Source: Candidatus Puniceispirillaceae bacterium
Lineage (GTDB): Bacteria > Pseudomonadota > Alphaproteobacteria > Puniceispirillales > Puniceispirillaceae
Assembly (NCBI GenBank): GCA_049889495.1
Contig: JBMHDH010000027.1
Location: 252 to 64,251, forward strand
DNA length: 64,000 nucleotides
Direction: 5' to 3'
Positions 1-10,269 of this stretch are shown piece by piece. A model generated the notes under the pieces. That model did no database searches. It worked only from the letters and a program-made list of their open reading frames with translations, and was not told the DNA's origin. Both the position numbers and the translations under genes were made by a program. Each line of letters begins with the position of its first letter. Within the stretch, counting starts at the first letter, position 1.

Positions 1-1098
1 GCCAGCCTTATTCAACGCCCCAAATAATTCCACTGTCATCCAATTGGCTGTCAGCTTTTTATCTTGGCCAGTGGCGGCTTCTTCATAAAAGGCGGCTGTC
101 TCGCGTTCTTCTGTTAACACCGCCGCATCATAAGATGACAGACCATAATCCGTGATCATTCTGGCACGGATTTGATCTGGTAATTCTGGCAAGGCTGCCT
201 TTAACGCATCAACCAGATCTTGCGAAAATTCCAATGGCAATAAATCTGGATCAGGGAAATAACGGTAATCATGCGCATCTTCTTTGCCGCGCATCGCCCG
301 TGTTGTGCCTGTGTTGGTATCAAACAACCTTGTTTCCTGAACAATCTCGCCGCCCTCTTCGATAACTTCGATCTGGCGTTGCACCTCATAATCAATCGCC
401 GCCATGATAAAGCGCACGGAATTCAAATTTTTGGTCTCTGTTCTGGTGCCAAGGGGATCACCAGGGCGACGCACAGACACATTCACATCAGCGCGCATCG
501 ACCCTTCTTCCATATTGCCATCACAGGTACCAAGATAGCGCACAATGGAACGCAATTTCTTCATATAGGCACCAGCTTGCTCTGCGCTTCTGATATCAGG
601 CTTAGAGACAATTTCCATCAAGGCAACGCCAGAGCGGTTCAAATCAATGTAAGATTTTGACGGGTGCTGGTCATGCATCGATTTCCCAGCATCTTGTTCA
701 AGATGCAAGCGTTCAATGCCAATGGTAACTGATGATCCATCTTTTAAATCAATTGTGATCTCGCCCTCACCCACAATCGGATGTTTAAACTGGCTGATCT
801 GATAGCCTTGTGGCAAATCAGCGTAAAAATAATTTTTACGATCAAACACAGAATAACAATTAATGGCAGCGTTCAGCCCAAGGCCTGTGCGGATGGCTTG
901 TTTCACACATTCTTCATTAATCACAGGCAACATGCCAGGCATCGCGGCATCAACTAACGAAACATTCTGATTGGGATCAGCCCCAAAACGGGTTGGCGCA
1001 CCAGAGAATAATTTTGACCTAGAAGAGACTTGGGCATGGACTTCCATCCCGATGACCACTTCCCATTCGCCTGTGCTTGATGTCACTAAATTGCTCAT
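1..1098 (-). CDS. gatB: Asp-tRNA(Asn)/Glu-tRNA(Gln) amidotransferase subunit B, N-terminal ~366 codons (C-terminus lies beyond the window start)
   Basis: Absent from the ORF track because it runs off the window edge. My translation of the minus strand from ATG 1098-1096 gives [24 protein letters not shown]...[17 protein letters not shown]...[10 protein letters not shown]...YRYFPDPDL, typical of GatB. Its start overlaps the gatA stop (ATGA). Confidence 0.9.
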   Translation of the reverse strand, partial: MSNLVTSSTGEWEVVIGMEVHAQVSSRSKLFSGAPTRFGADPNQNVSLVDAAMPGMLPVINEECVKQAIRTGLGLNAAINCYSVFDRKNYFYADLPQGYQISQFKHPIVGEGEITIDLKDGSSVTIGIERLHLEQDAGKSMHDQHPSKSYIDLNRSGVALMEIVSKPDIRSAEQAGAYMKKLRSIVRYLGTCDGNMEEGSMRADVNVSVRRPGDPLGTRTETKNLNSVRFIMAAIDYEVQRQIEVIEEGGEIVQETRLFDTNTGTTRAMRGKEDAHDYRYFPDPDLLPLEFSQDLVDALKAALPELPDQIRARMITDYGLSSYDAAVLTEERETAAFYEEAATGQDKKLTANWMTVELFGALNKAG

Positions 1099-2579
1099 GA
1101 CGCACCTCCTGCCATTCTAGGGGCTATGGCATTAAAACCAGCGGCGTTTTCCAACTGCTTTGCCACAGCGTACATTTTGTCTTCAGCAAAAGCGTCACTT
1201 AAGACTTGTAAGCCAAGCGGTAAGCCATCACCATTCACCCCTGCTGGCACAGACATGCCTGGGATACCAGCCAAATTGGCTGGCACGGTAAAGACGTCAT
1301 TTAGATACATCGTCACAGGATCAGCTTGTTTGACACCCAATTCAAAGGCGGCACTTGGTGTGGCAGGTGTTAAAATGGCACCAACCTGTTTAAAGGCTTC
1401 GTCAAAATCATTGCGGATCAGGCGGCGTACTTTCTGGGCCTTAAGATAATAGGCATCATAATAACCAGCCGATAACGCATAGGTACCGATCAAAATACGG
1501 CGCTGAACTTCATCACCAAAACCTGCGGCTCTGGTGATTTCATACATATCATCCAGCGAACCACCTTCTTCGATACGGTTGCCATAACGCACCCCATCAT
1601 AACGCGCTAGATTGGATGACGCTTCAGCAGGCGCAATGATATAATAAGTGGGCAAAGCATATTTGGTATGTGGCAAGGAAATATTGACCAATTCTGCACC
1701 AGCATCTTTCAGCCAAGCTTGACCATCTTGCCATAATTTGATGATGGTCTCATCCATGCCATCCATTTGATATTCAGATGGAATGCCAATCTTCATACCT
1801 TTTACACCAGCCGCCATAGAAGCTGTCAAATCTGGAAAGGCCACATCAGCTGAAGTGGAATCTTTAGGATCATGCCCTGCCATAGACGCAAACATTAACG
1901 CGCTATCATCGACATCTTTGGTAAATGGCCCTGCTTGATCAAGTGATGATGCAAAAGCAACCACACCCCAGCGCGAACAACGCCCATAGGTTGGCTTCAT
2001 CCCAACCACACCACAAAAAGCCGCTGGCTGGCGAATAGAGCCGCCTGTGTCTGTGCCTGTGGCCATTAAAGCAGAACGGGCCGCCACCGAAGAGGCAGAG
2101 CCGCCTGATGAGCCACCAGCGGCCAAATCAGCACCACCAACATGGCTGAAAGGGTTAATCGCTGGCCCAAAAGCAGATGTCTCATTGGCTGACCCCATGG
2201 CAAATTCATCACAATTTAATTTACCAAGCATCACCGCACCATCTGACCATAGCTGGCTTGTAACAGTTGATTCATAAGGCGGCACAAATTGTTTCAAAAT
2301 ATTAGAACAAGCGGTGGTGGCAAGACCAGATGTCGCAAATAAATCCTTCACCCCGACTGGCAAGCCTTCAAGCGCACCTGCCTGATTTTTGGCATAGGCA
2401 TCATCACTTTTGGCCGCCATTGCCAGCGTGCGCTCTTCATCCATGGCCACATAATTGTTCAATGATGCGGTCTCAGCCGCCGCCTGTAAATAAGCGCGGG
2501 TAAGTTCAGTCGCTGAAAAATCACCTTTTTCAAGGCCAGCGCGTGCTTGAACAGCTGTAAAATTCAATAAATCAGACAT
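1095..2579 (-). CDS. gatA: Glu-tRNA(Gln)/Asp-tRNA(Asn) amidotransferase subunit A
   Basis: 494-aa ORF with the amidase signature [13 protein letters not shown]. It sits in the gatC-gatA-gatB order with overlapping stop and start codons. Confidence 0.95.
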   Translation of the reverse strand: MSDLLNFTAVQARAGLEKGDFSATELTRAYLQAAAETASLNNYVAMDEERTLAMAAKSDDAYAKNQAGALEGLPVGVKDLFATSGLATTACSNILKQFVPPYESTVTSQLWSDGAVMLGKLNCDEFAMGSANETSAFGPAINPFSHVGGADLAAGGSSGGSASSVAARSALMATGTDTGGSIRQPAAFCGVVGMKPTYGRCSRWGVVAFASSLDQAGPFTKDVDDSALMFASMAGHDPKDSTSADVAFPDLTASMAAGVKGMKIGIPSEYQMDGMDETIIKLWQDGQAWLKDAGAELVNISLPHTKYALPTYYIIAPAEASSNLARYDGVRYGNRIEEGGSLDDMYEITRAAGFGDEVQRRILIGTYALSAGYYDAYYLKAQKVRRLIRNDFDEAFKQVGAILTPATPSAAFELGVKQADPVTMYLNDVFTVPANLAGIPGMSVPAGVNGDGLPLGLQVLSDAFAEDKMYAVAKQLENAAGFNAIAPRMAGGAS

Positions 2580-2881
2580 TATTCAACCACCTTTGGCACA
2601 ACAAAAAAGCCGCTTGCTTCTTCTGGTGCGTTTGACAACACCTTTTCTGCGACATCGCCATCTGAGATGATATCTTCGCGCATTGGCAATTTATGACCTG
2701 TGACAGATGCCAATGGTTCCACCCCATCAGTATCCACCTCATTCAGTTCTTCAATCCAACTGAGAATTCTATTCAAATCTTGTGCGATCGGCTCTTTGCG
2801 ATCATCATTCAGACGGATGCGGGCCAACCTTGCGATTTTTTCAACGGTTGCTGCATCTACTATGGCCTTGTCAGCAGACAT
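2579..2881 (-). CDS. gatC: amidotransferase subunit C
   Basis: 100-aa acidic ORF immediately upstream of gatA, sharing a junction base at 2579. Size and position are typical of GatC. Confidence 0.9.
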   Translation of the reverse strand: MSADKAIVDAATVEKIARLARIRLNDDRKEPIAQDLNRILSWIEELNEVDTDGVEPLASVTGHKLPMREDIISDGDVAEKVLSNAPEEASGFFVVPKVVE

Positions 2882-2968
2882 GGGTTATGCCACTCCTTAA
2901 AGCGAGATTAATTATAATCTCAATTTTTAAACAAATTTTTTAACATTGTAAGCGAAATACCACCGACC

Positions 2969-3481
2969 ATGCCAATTCGCAACCTTTCAGATGCGCAAAA
3001 TCTTTTAAATAGCGGCCAAAAATTTATGGGCCTTGATGTGGGCAAAAAGACCATTGGCCTTGCCATCGGCGATCCAAATCATCAAATCGCAAGTCCCCAT
3101 CGCATTTTATGGCGCAGCAAATTCACCAAAGATATGACGGATCTGTTTGCTGAGATGGACCAGCTGAATGTGGGCGGGCTTGTTGTCGGTTGGCCGCTTA
3201 ATATGGATGGCAGTACAGGGCCACGTTGTGATTCTGTGCGTGATTTCTGTCATGCGCTTATGCGTCTGAAAGATTACCCCATCATTTTGCATGATGAACG
3301 CTTATCCACGGCGGCTGTGGAACGTGCGATGCTATCTGCTGATATGACGCGCGCCAATCGCCACCAAAGACGTGATGCACTGGCCGCTGGCTGGATTTTA
3401 CAATCTGCCTTTGATGCGATGCCAAGAGAGGCTGCACAAGCAAGAGAAGCTGCCCAAGATGACGAAAATTCGCCACTTTAA
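2969..3481 (+). CDS. ruvX: Holliday-junction-resolvase-like / pre-16S rRNA nuclease YqgF
   Basis: 170-aa ORF with the N-terminal motif GLDVGKKTIGLAIGD and GLVVGWPLNMDGS, typical of the YqgF/RuvX RNase H fold. Confidence 0.85.
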   Translation: MPIRNLSDAQNLLNSGQKFMGLDVGKKTIGLAIGDPNHQIASPHRILWRSKFTKDMTDLFAEMDQLNVGGLVVGWPLNMDGSTGPRCDSVRDFCHALMRLKDYPIILHDERLSTAAVERAMLSADMTRANRHQRRDALAAGWILQSAFDAMPREAAQAREAAQDDENSPL

Positions 3482-3583
3482 CCACAAATTATGACGCGTT
3501 GACTTTGCATCCAAGCTTACCCAACTCGGTCATGGTGCAAATAATCTTGGCAATCTAAACCGTTCTGGAGTAATGATAAGGCC

Positions 3584-4537
3584 ATGACGACATCTATCCC
3601 TGCGCAAGTTAGCCTTCCTTCGAAACATCTTTTGGGCATTGAAGGCATGGACATTATGACCATGCATCATTTGCTTGACCGCGCCAGCTATTTTGCGGAC
3701 CATTTAAATGATGATCTTGACCAAACGCTCAAAGGGCAAACCATTGTTAATTTGTTCTTTGAAAACTCAACGCGTACCCGTGTTTCTTTTGAAATCGCAG
3801 CCAAAAAATTAGGCGCGTCTGTGTTAAATATCTCCGTTGCTGGCTCATCTGTGAAAAAAGGTGAAACGCTGGTTGATACGGCCACAACGCTAAATGCCAT
3901 GCATCCTGATATTTTGGTGGTACGCCACAATGCGTCTGGCACCCCGCAATTATTATCCAATCATATTGACGCTGCGATTATCAATGCGGGTGATGGCCGC
4001 CATGAACATCCCACACAAGCGTTGCTGGATGCGCTGACTATCAAACGCCGTTTTGGACATATTGAAGGGCTTCGCATTGCAATTTGCGGTGATATCGCCA
4101 ACAGCCGTGTGGCACGTTCTAATCTTTATTTGCTAGGCGGGCTTGGTGCTGAAATCAGATTTGTTAGCCCTGCCACCTTGGTGCCGCCAGCGATCGCTGA
4201 TATGGGCGTTTCTGTCTATCATGACATGGCACAAGGCATTGCTGATTGCGATATTGTGATGATGCTGCGTCTGCAAACAGAACGCATGGAAGGCAGAGAA
4301 ACGCCAAGCCAGCATGAATATTTCAATCTGTTTGGTCTTGATCAAGAAAAGCTGGAACAAGCCGCCCCGAAAGCTATGATTATGCATCCTGGCCCAATGA
4401 ATAGAGGGGTTGAGATTGATTCCGCCATCGCCGATGATCATGAACGCTCATTGATCCAAAAACAGGTGGAAATGGGAGTGGCAACCAGAATGGCTTGTCT
4501 TGAAGCATTGGCTTTCACAGCTGCAAAACACAAATAG
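3584..4537 (+). CDS. pyrB: aspartate carbamoyltransferase catalytic subunit
   Basis: 317-aa ORF containing [13 protein letters not shown] (the carbamoyl-phosphate STRTR motif), [10 protein letters not shown] and HPGPMNRG. Confidence 0.95.
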   Translation: MTTSIPAQVSLPSKHLLGIEGMDIMTMHHLLDRASYFADHLNDDLDQTLKGQTIVNLFFENSTRTRVSFEIAAKKLGASVLNISVAGSSVKKGETLVDTATTLNAMHPDILVVRHNASGTPQLLSNHIDAAIINAGDGRHEHPTQALLDALTIKRRFGHIEGLRIAICGDIANSRVARSNLYLLGGLGAEIRFVSPATLVPPAIADMGVSVYHDMAQGIADCDIVMMLRLQTERMEGRETPSQHEYFNLFGLDQEKLEQAAPKAMIMHPGPMNRGVEIDSAIADDHERSLIQKQVEMGVATRMACLEALAFTAAKHK

Positions 4538-4539
4538 GG

Positions 4540-5826
4540 GTGGCCATGAAAACGCTGTTAAAAAATGCGCACTTAATTTGCCCCGTTCAACAATTTGACG
4601 GGCCTGGTTATCTTGGCATGGCAGATGGCCAAATCATCGCCTGTGCCCTTGGCACCATAAAAGATGAAAGCTCTTATGAGCGCATCATCGATTGCAAGGG
4701 ACATATCGTTGCCCCAGGCTTGATTGATATGCGGGTACAATCAGCTGATCCTGGTGAAGAACATCTTGAAACGCTAGACAGCTTGTTAAGTGCGGCCGCC
4801 CATGGTGGCATCACCTCGCTTGTTACCTTGCCAGATACAGACCCTGTCATTGATAACCGCGCCATGATAGATTCTCTTAGCTTGCGGGCCTCTCGCCGCT
4901 TTGGGCCGCGTCTTTACCTGTATGGCGCGTTAACCAAAGGACAAAAAGGCCATCAAATGGCTGAATTGGGCATGATGGCAAATGCGGGTGCTGTTGGCTT
5001 TGCCTCTGGACGTCATTCTATCCAAGATAGTTTGATTATGCGCCGCCTGATGACCTATGCCGCTATGTTTGACAAACCTGTGATTCATCATTGCGAAGAT
5101 TACCAGCTGACGGATGGTGGCGAGATGAATGAAGGCGAAACCGCAACAAGGCTTGGCCTGATTGGTATGCCTGCCGAAGCAGAAGCGATTATTGTACAGC
5201 GCGATATTGCATTGGCACGCCTCACCAAATCACGCTATCACATTGCCCATATCTCTACCGCCGCAGCCCTAGATGCTGTGAGACTTGCCAAAGCAGATGG
5301 CGTGGCTGTTACATGTGATACGGCCCCCCCTTATGCGTTATTGAATGAACATGCGGTAAACGGGTATAATACCGCATTTAAATTATCACCGCCTTTGCGC
5401 TCTGAAGGTGACAGGCTTGCGGTGCTTCAGGCCTTATCAGATGGCACGATTGACGCGCTTGCCTCTGATCATTCGCCTGTCAATTATGATGAAAAAGCCC
5501 AACCTTTCGGTCAAGCCAGCAATGGGGCATCTGGTCTGGAAACGCTATTTCCCACCTTAATGACCATGGTGGCCAATCAGTCTTTATCGCTGCTTCAGGC
5601 GATTACCTTAACCAGCACCAACCCTGCGCGTATTCTTGGTATTGCTGGCGGCTCGCTTGAAACAGGATTGCCAGCCGATGTGATTTGTTTTGATCCGCAT
5701 TCAGCGATGGTCATTGACCAATCACGCTTTTTATCCCGCTCGCGCATTTCCCCATTTCATGGCCAGCCTGCCCATGGCAAAATTTGCCATAGCTTTGTTG
5801 GCGGTAACGATATTTTAGAGGCGTAA
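4540..5826 (+). CDS. dihydroorotase-like protein, probably a non-catalytic PyrC' partner of ATCase
   Basis: 428-aa amidohydrolase-fold ORF directly after pyrB. It carries ...ASDHSP... and other DHOase-like blocks. Where the N-terminal HxH metal motif is expected it reads GLIDMRVQSADPGEE. Start is either GTG 4540 or ATG 4546. Confidence 0.8.
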   Translation: MAMKTLLKNAHLICPVQQFDGPGYLGMADGQIIACALGTIKDESSYERIIDCKGHIVAPGLIDMRVQSADPGEEHLETLDSLLSAAAHGGITSLVTLPDTDPVIDNRAMIDSLSLRASRRFGPRLYLYGALTKGQKGHQMAELGMMANAGAVGFASGRHSIQDSLIMRRLMTYAAMFDKPVIHHCEDYQLTDGGEMNEGETATRLGLIGMPAEAEAIIVQRDIALARLTKSRYHIAHISTAAALDAVRLAKADGVAVTCDTAPPYALLNEHAVNGYNTAFKLSPPLRSEGDRLAVLQALSDGTIDALASDHSPVNYDEKAQPFGQASNGASGLETLFPTLMTMVANQSLSLLQAITLTSTNPARILGIAGGSLETGLPADVICFDPHSAMVIDQSRFLSRSRISPFHGQPAHGKICHSFVGGNDILEA

Positions 5827-5828
5827 TC

Positions 5829-6422
5829 ATGTTTTGGGAAATCATTGCTCTCTGCCTATTTGGCTATCTCGTTGGCTCTGTGCCTTTTGGCCTTGTCAGT
5901 GCGCGTCTTGCAGGGCTCGGCGATATCCGCAAAATTGGCTCTGGCAATATTGGCGCGACCAATGTGTTGCGATCTGGCCATAAGGGCGCTGCTTTTGCCA
6001 CATTAATTGGCGATGCTGGCAAAGGGGCTTTGGCTGTTTTGATATGCCGACTAGCAGGGTATGAGACCGCATCTGCTGTGGTGGGGCTGTGCGCTGTTAT
6101 CGGGCATTGCTATCCGATCGGTCTGTCATTTAAGGGTGGTAAAGGCGTTGCCACCGCGATTGCCACAATTGCGATGTTATCTTGGCCTGCTGGCCTTGTG
6201 ATGGCAATAACATGGCTTGTGATGAGTGCCATTTTCAAGATCAGCTCTCTATCGGCCTTAACAGGCTTTGTGACCGCGGTCATCACCTCTTATTACTTTT
6301 ATGATGACTGGCTGATAATCTTAGGCATCGCGGCCTTAAGCTTCTGGCGACACAGGGACAATATCAAACGCTTGCTAAAAGGCCAAGAAAGCAAAATTAG
6401 CTTTCAGAAAAGCGTGAAATAA
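5829..6422 (+). CDS. plsY: glycerol-3-phosphate acyltransferase PlsY
   Basis: 197-aa polytopic membrane ORF with the GSGNIGATNVLR motif. Confidence 0.9.
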   Translation: MFWEIIALCLFGYLVGSVPFGLVSARLAGLGDIRKIGSGNIGATNVLRSGHKGAAFATLIGDAGKGALAVLICRLAGYETASAVVGLCAVIGHCYPIGLSFKGGKGVATAIATIAMLSWPAGLVMAITWLVMSAIFKISSLSALTGFVTAVITSYYFYDDWLIILGIAALSFWRHRDNIKRLLKGQESKISFQKSVK

Positions 6423-6485
6423 TCATCTCAAAAAAAAGAGATGGCATTTACCATTCGTTAATAAAATTATGCCTTAACTGTCTAT

Positions 6486-7586
6486 ATGACAGATAAAGAA
6501 CATCTCAATGCCTTGCGCTTGATCAGAACGCCGCAGATAGGCCCGATAACCTACAGCCTGTTAATTGCGCGCTATGGCTCTGCCAGCGAAGCTGTTAAAG
6601 CAGCACCACAATTAGCAAAACGCCAAGGACGGCCTCTGAAAATCGCAGATATCGCCTCTTGTGAAGCCATTATCAAACAATGCCAATCATCTGGTGCAAC
6701 AATGCTTGTGAAATATCAAGCAGGCTATCCTGAGCGGTTAAATGTCTTTGATAATGCGCCAGTAATCTTATTTGCCAAAGGCCATCTATCCTTATTCAAC
6801 CGAGATATGTTGGCAATCGTTGGGGCACGAAACGCCTCTGTGAATGCGATGACACTGGCGTCTAAATGGGCAGATGAAATCGGCCAAGCTGGCTATGTCA
6901 TTATATCTGGTTTGGCCAGAGGCATTGACAGAGCCGCGCATATTGGCGCGTTACGCCATGGCACAATTGGTGTTTTGGGAAGCGGTGTGGATGTGATTTA
7001 CCCAGAACAGAATGCTGATATTTTCGAAGAGATGGTCAATCAAGGCTTAATCATCACTGAAATGATGCCAGGCACAAAACCATCACCACGCAATTTTCCT
7101 GCGCGAAACCGCATCATTGCCTCCCTTGCCAAAAGCACTTTGGTGATTGAAGGTGCAAAACAATCTGGCTCATTGATCACAGCGCGCGATACCGCTGAAC
7201 GTGGCGGTGATGTCATGGCGGTTCCTGGAACACCACTTGATCCACGTGCCGCTGGGGGAAATGATTTGATCAAACAAGGCGCCCATCTGGTGACAAGCCC
7301 GCAAGATGTATTGGATATCTTACGAACCCCTTTAAGAGAAAGCACGCACCCAAAAACCATAATACAAAGACAAAATATGACACAAATTGACGATGAATTA
7401 ATCACGAAGCTCGCCAATGAAATCATAAAAATGATAACAATTGAAGCAGTGGATATTGACGAATTAACGCGGCAATGCCATGTCAATGCACAGATGATTC
7501 AAATCGCATTGCTAGAATTGGAACTAGCTGGGCATGTCTTACGCCTGTCTGGTAACCGTGTTTGCAAAAATTTGAATTACGAATAG
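6486..7586 (+). CDS. dprA: DNA-processing protein DprA/Smf
   Basis: 366-aa ORF with the blocks IVGARNAS, GLARGIDRAAH and SGSLITA. The plsY-dprA-topA order supports the call. Confidence 0.9.
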   Translation: MTDKEHLNALRLIRTPQIGPITYSLLIARYGSASEAVKAAPQLAKRQGRPLKIADIASCEAIIKQCQSSGATMLVKYQAGYPERLNVFDNAPVILFAKGHLSLFNRDMLAIVGARNASVNAMTLASKWADEIGQAGYVIISGLARGIDRAAHIGALRHGTIGVLGSGVDVIYPEQNADIFEEMVNQGLIITEMMPGTKPSPRNFPARNRIIASLAKSTLVIEGAKQSGSLITARDTAERGGDVMAVPGTPLDPRAAGGNDLIKQGAHLVTSPQDVLDILRTPLRESTHPKTIIQRQNMTQIDDELITKLANEIIKMITIEAVDIDELTRQCHVNAQMIQIALLELELAGHVLRLSGNRVCKNLNYE

Positions 7587-7647
7587 ATACAAACACTTAA
7601 TAGATTTTATTAAAGTGAATTTTTAGTTTGGTTTTTAGGGTAATCTT

Positions 7648-10269
7648 ATGAAACTTGTCATTGTCGAATCACCTGCCAAGGCAAAGACCATCAACAAATA
7701 TTTGGGTGATGACTATCAGGTGATGGCCTCTTATGGTCATATTCGCGACTTACCCTCAAAAGATGGCTCGGTAAAACCAGATGATGATTTTGCCATGGCG
7801 TGGCAATTATCAGATGGCGCAGGGCCGCGCTTAACCAGCTTGAAAAAAGCCGTCAAATCATCTGATGCTGTTATTCTGGCAACTGACCCTGACAGAGAAG
7901 GCGAAGCCATTAGCTGGCATTTGCAGGAGATTTTCAACGAAGCCAATTTGCTAGCTGGCAAGACAGTTCAACGTGTGGTGTTTAACGAAGTGACCAAAAC
8001 CGCCATTTTGCGCGCGATGGAACAACCGCGTGATTTGGACACCAATTTGGTGAATGCCTATCTGGCGCGTCGTGCCCTTGATTATCTGGTGGGGTTTGGT
8101 ATATCTCCCATTTTGTGGCGCAAATTACCAGGGGCCAGATCTGCGGGACGTGTGCAATCTGTGGCCCTGCGTTTGATTGTGCAACGTGAAAGCGAAATTG
8201 AATCATTTAAATCAGATGAATATTGGGATATTGAAGGACAATTTCTCTCTCAATCTGGCAAAAAGCTGCGGGCAAGCCTGACGCATCTTGATGGGGAAAA
8301 GTTAAAAAAATTATCGCTTCGTAATGAAGCGATGGCGCAAGATGCGGTGGCAAAATTGCAAGCGCAAAATTGGCATGTGGCAGATATCAAAACAAAACGA
8401 ACACAACGCCACCCTGCCCCGCCTTTTACGACCTCTACCTTGCAACAAGAAGCCTCTCGTAAATTGGGCTTTTCTGCGACACGCACCATGCAAATCGCGC
8501 AAAAGCTTTATGAAGGCATGTCACTTGGCGCAGATACCACGGGACTGATCACCTATATGAGAACCGATGGCGTGCAAATGTCCATGGAAGCTGTCCATGC
8601 GTTACGCAATCAAATCACAGATCAATATGGCGCTGATTATTTGCCTGAGAAGCCGCGCTTTTATAAAAGCAAAGCTGCCAATTCCCAAGAAGCGCATGAA
8701 GCGGTGCGTCCGACAGATTTCAAACGCACGCCTGATAAGATGCGCAAATATCTAGATCATGATCAATTCCGCCTCTATGAGTTGATCTGGAAACGTGCCA
8801 TGGCAAGCCAATTTGCGTCAGCTCAGCTTGATCAGACCACCATTGAATTGGCAAGCCAAGATGCCAAACACCAGATGAAGGCCACAGGGTCAGTGATTGT
8901 GTTTGACGGCTTTTTATCGCTTTATTTCGAAAGCAAAGATGAAGAGCAAGATGAAGGGAAAGGCACGCACGAGAAAAGCGATAAGCATGAAAAAGATATG
9001 ATCTTACCTGCCTTAAAAGCGGGCGAAGATATGCGCTTGCAAGACACCTCGCCTGAACAGCATTTCACACAGCCACCGCCGCGTTACACAGATGCCAGCC
9101 TTGTCAAAGAGCTTGAAGCAAAAGGCATTGGCCGCCCATCTACCTATGCCTCGATTCTGCAATTGCTGGAAAAGCGCGGCTATGTGGCCAAAGATAAAAA
9201 CCGCTTTTTCACAGAACATCGCGGTCGCCTCACCTCCAGCTTTTTAGAAAATTTCTTTGATCGCTATGTAGAATATGATTTCACAGCCGCGCTTGAAACC
9301 AAGCTTGATGATGTCTCAGCAGGTGCGATGCCGTATAAAAGATTGCTTGCTGAATTTTGGGGTGATTTCAAGCTGGCCCTTGATGACACCAAGGAATTGC
9401 GCATCACAGATGTGTTAAATCACTTGGATGCTGATTTAGAACAAGTCTTTTTCAAACCAGATGAAAATGGTGAAATCAAGCGGCAATGCCAAAAATGCCA
9501 GACAGGACGTCTTGGCTTGAAATTAGGCAAATATGGCGCCTTTATTGGCTGTTCGAATTATCCTGAATGTGGCTTTACACGCCAAATCAACACCATCGAG
9601 GGAGATGATGACACCACGCTAGACGAAAAACAGCTTGGTGACAATCAAGAGGGTTTGCCGATCTTTTTGCGCAAAGGGCCTTATGGGTTTTATGTGCAAG
9701 CAGGCGCGCTAGAAGAAAAAAAGCCAAAACGTATGGCCGTGCCAAAAGGTTATGCGCCCGCAAATGTTGATCTAGACTATGCGATGGGCTTATTATCCTT
9801 GCCGCGTGAAATTGGCGAACATCCCGAGACGCGCGATATGATTGAAGCCAGCATTGGCCGCTTTGGTCCCTATCTGAAATATCAGGGGAAATTTGCCTCA
9901 TTGCCAAAGGATGAGGATGTCTTGGCAATTGGCATTAACAGAGCCGTTGACATACTTGCCGAGGCCGCGAAAAAGGCAGGTCGCACGCTTGGCGATCATC
10001 CAGATGGTGGGGTGGTTGAATTGAAAAAAGGACGGTTTGGCCCTTATATCGAGCATAATAAATTGCGGGCCCCTGTGCCACGCGGTACAGATATGGAGAC
10101 CATCACCCTAGAAATGGGGCTTGAATGGCTTGCCAAAAAAGCCGCAGCGCCTGCTAAAAAGACGGCCAAGAAAGCTGCCAAGAAGGCTGCGAAAAAGAAA
10201 ACAGCTGCCAAAAAGAAACCCGCTAAAAAAGCAGCTGCGAAAAAAGGCGCAAAGGCGAAAGCCGAGTGA
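7648..10269 (+). CDS. topA: DNA topoisomerase I
   Basis: 873-aa ORF with an N-terminal Toprim domain (KLVIVESPAKAKTINKYLG) and the Zn-ribbon CQKCQ...CSNYPEC. The C-terminus is a Lys/Ala-rich tail (AKKTAKKAAKKAAKKK...). Confidence 0.95.
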   Translation: MKLVIVESPAKAKTINKYLGDDYQVMASYGHIRDLPSKDGSVKPDDDFAMAWQLSDGAGPRLTSLKKAVKSSDAVILATDPDREGEAISWHLQEIFNEANLLAGKTVQRVVFNEVTKTAILRAMEQPRDLDTNLVNAYLARRALDYLVGFGISPILWRKLPGARSAGRVQSVALRLIVQRESEIESFKSDEYWDIEGQFLSQSGKKLRASLTHLDGEKLKKLSLRNEAMAQDAVAKLQAQNWHVADIKTKRTQRHPAPPFTTSTLQQEASRKLGFSATRTMQIAQKLYEGMSLGADTTGLITYMRTDGVQMSMEAVHALRNQITDQYGADYLPEKPRFYKSKAANSQEAHEAVRPTDFKRTPDKMRKYLDHDQFRLYELIWKRAMASQFASAQLDQTTIELASQDAKHQMKATGSVIVFDGFLSLYFESKDEEQDEGKGTHEKSDKHEKDMILPALKAGEDMRLQDTSPEQHFTQPPPRYTDASLVKELEAKGIGRPSTYASILQLLEKRGYVAKDKNRFFTEHRGRLTSSFLENFFDRYVEYDFTAALETKLDDVSAGAMPYKRLLAEFWGDFKLALDDTKELRITDVLNHLDADLEQVFFKPDENGEIKRQCQKCQTGRLGLKLGKYGAFIGCSNYPECGFTRQINTIEGDDDTTLDEKQLGDNQEGLPIFLRKGPYGFYVQAGALEEKKPKRMAVPKGYAPANVDLDYAMGLLSLPREIGEHPETRDMIEASIGRFGPYLKYQGKFASLPKDEDVLAIGINRAVDILAEAAKKAGRTLGDHPDGGVVELKKGRFGPYIEHNKLRAPVPRGTDMETITLEMGLEWLAKKAAAPAKKTAKKAAKKAAKKKTAAKKKPAKKAAAKKGAKAKAE

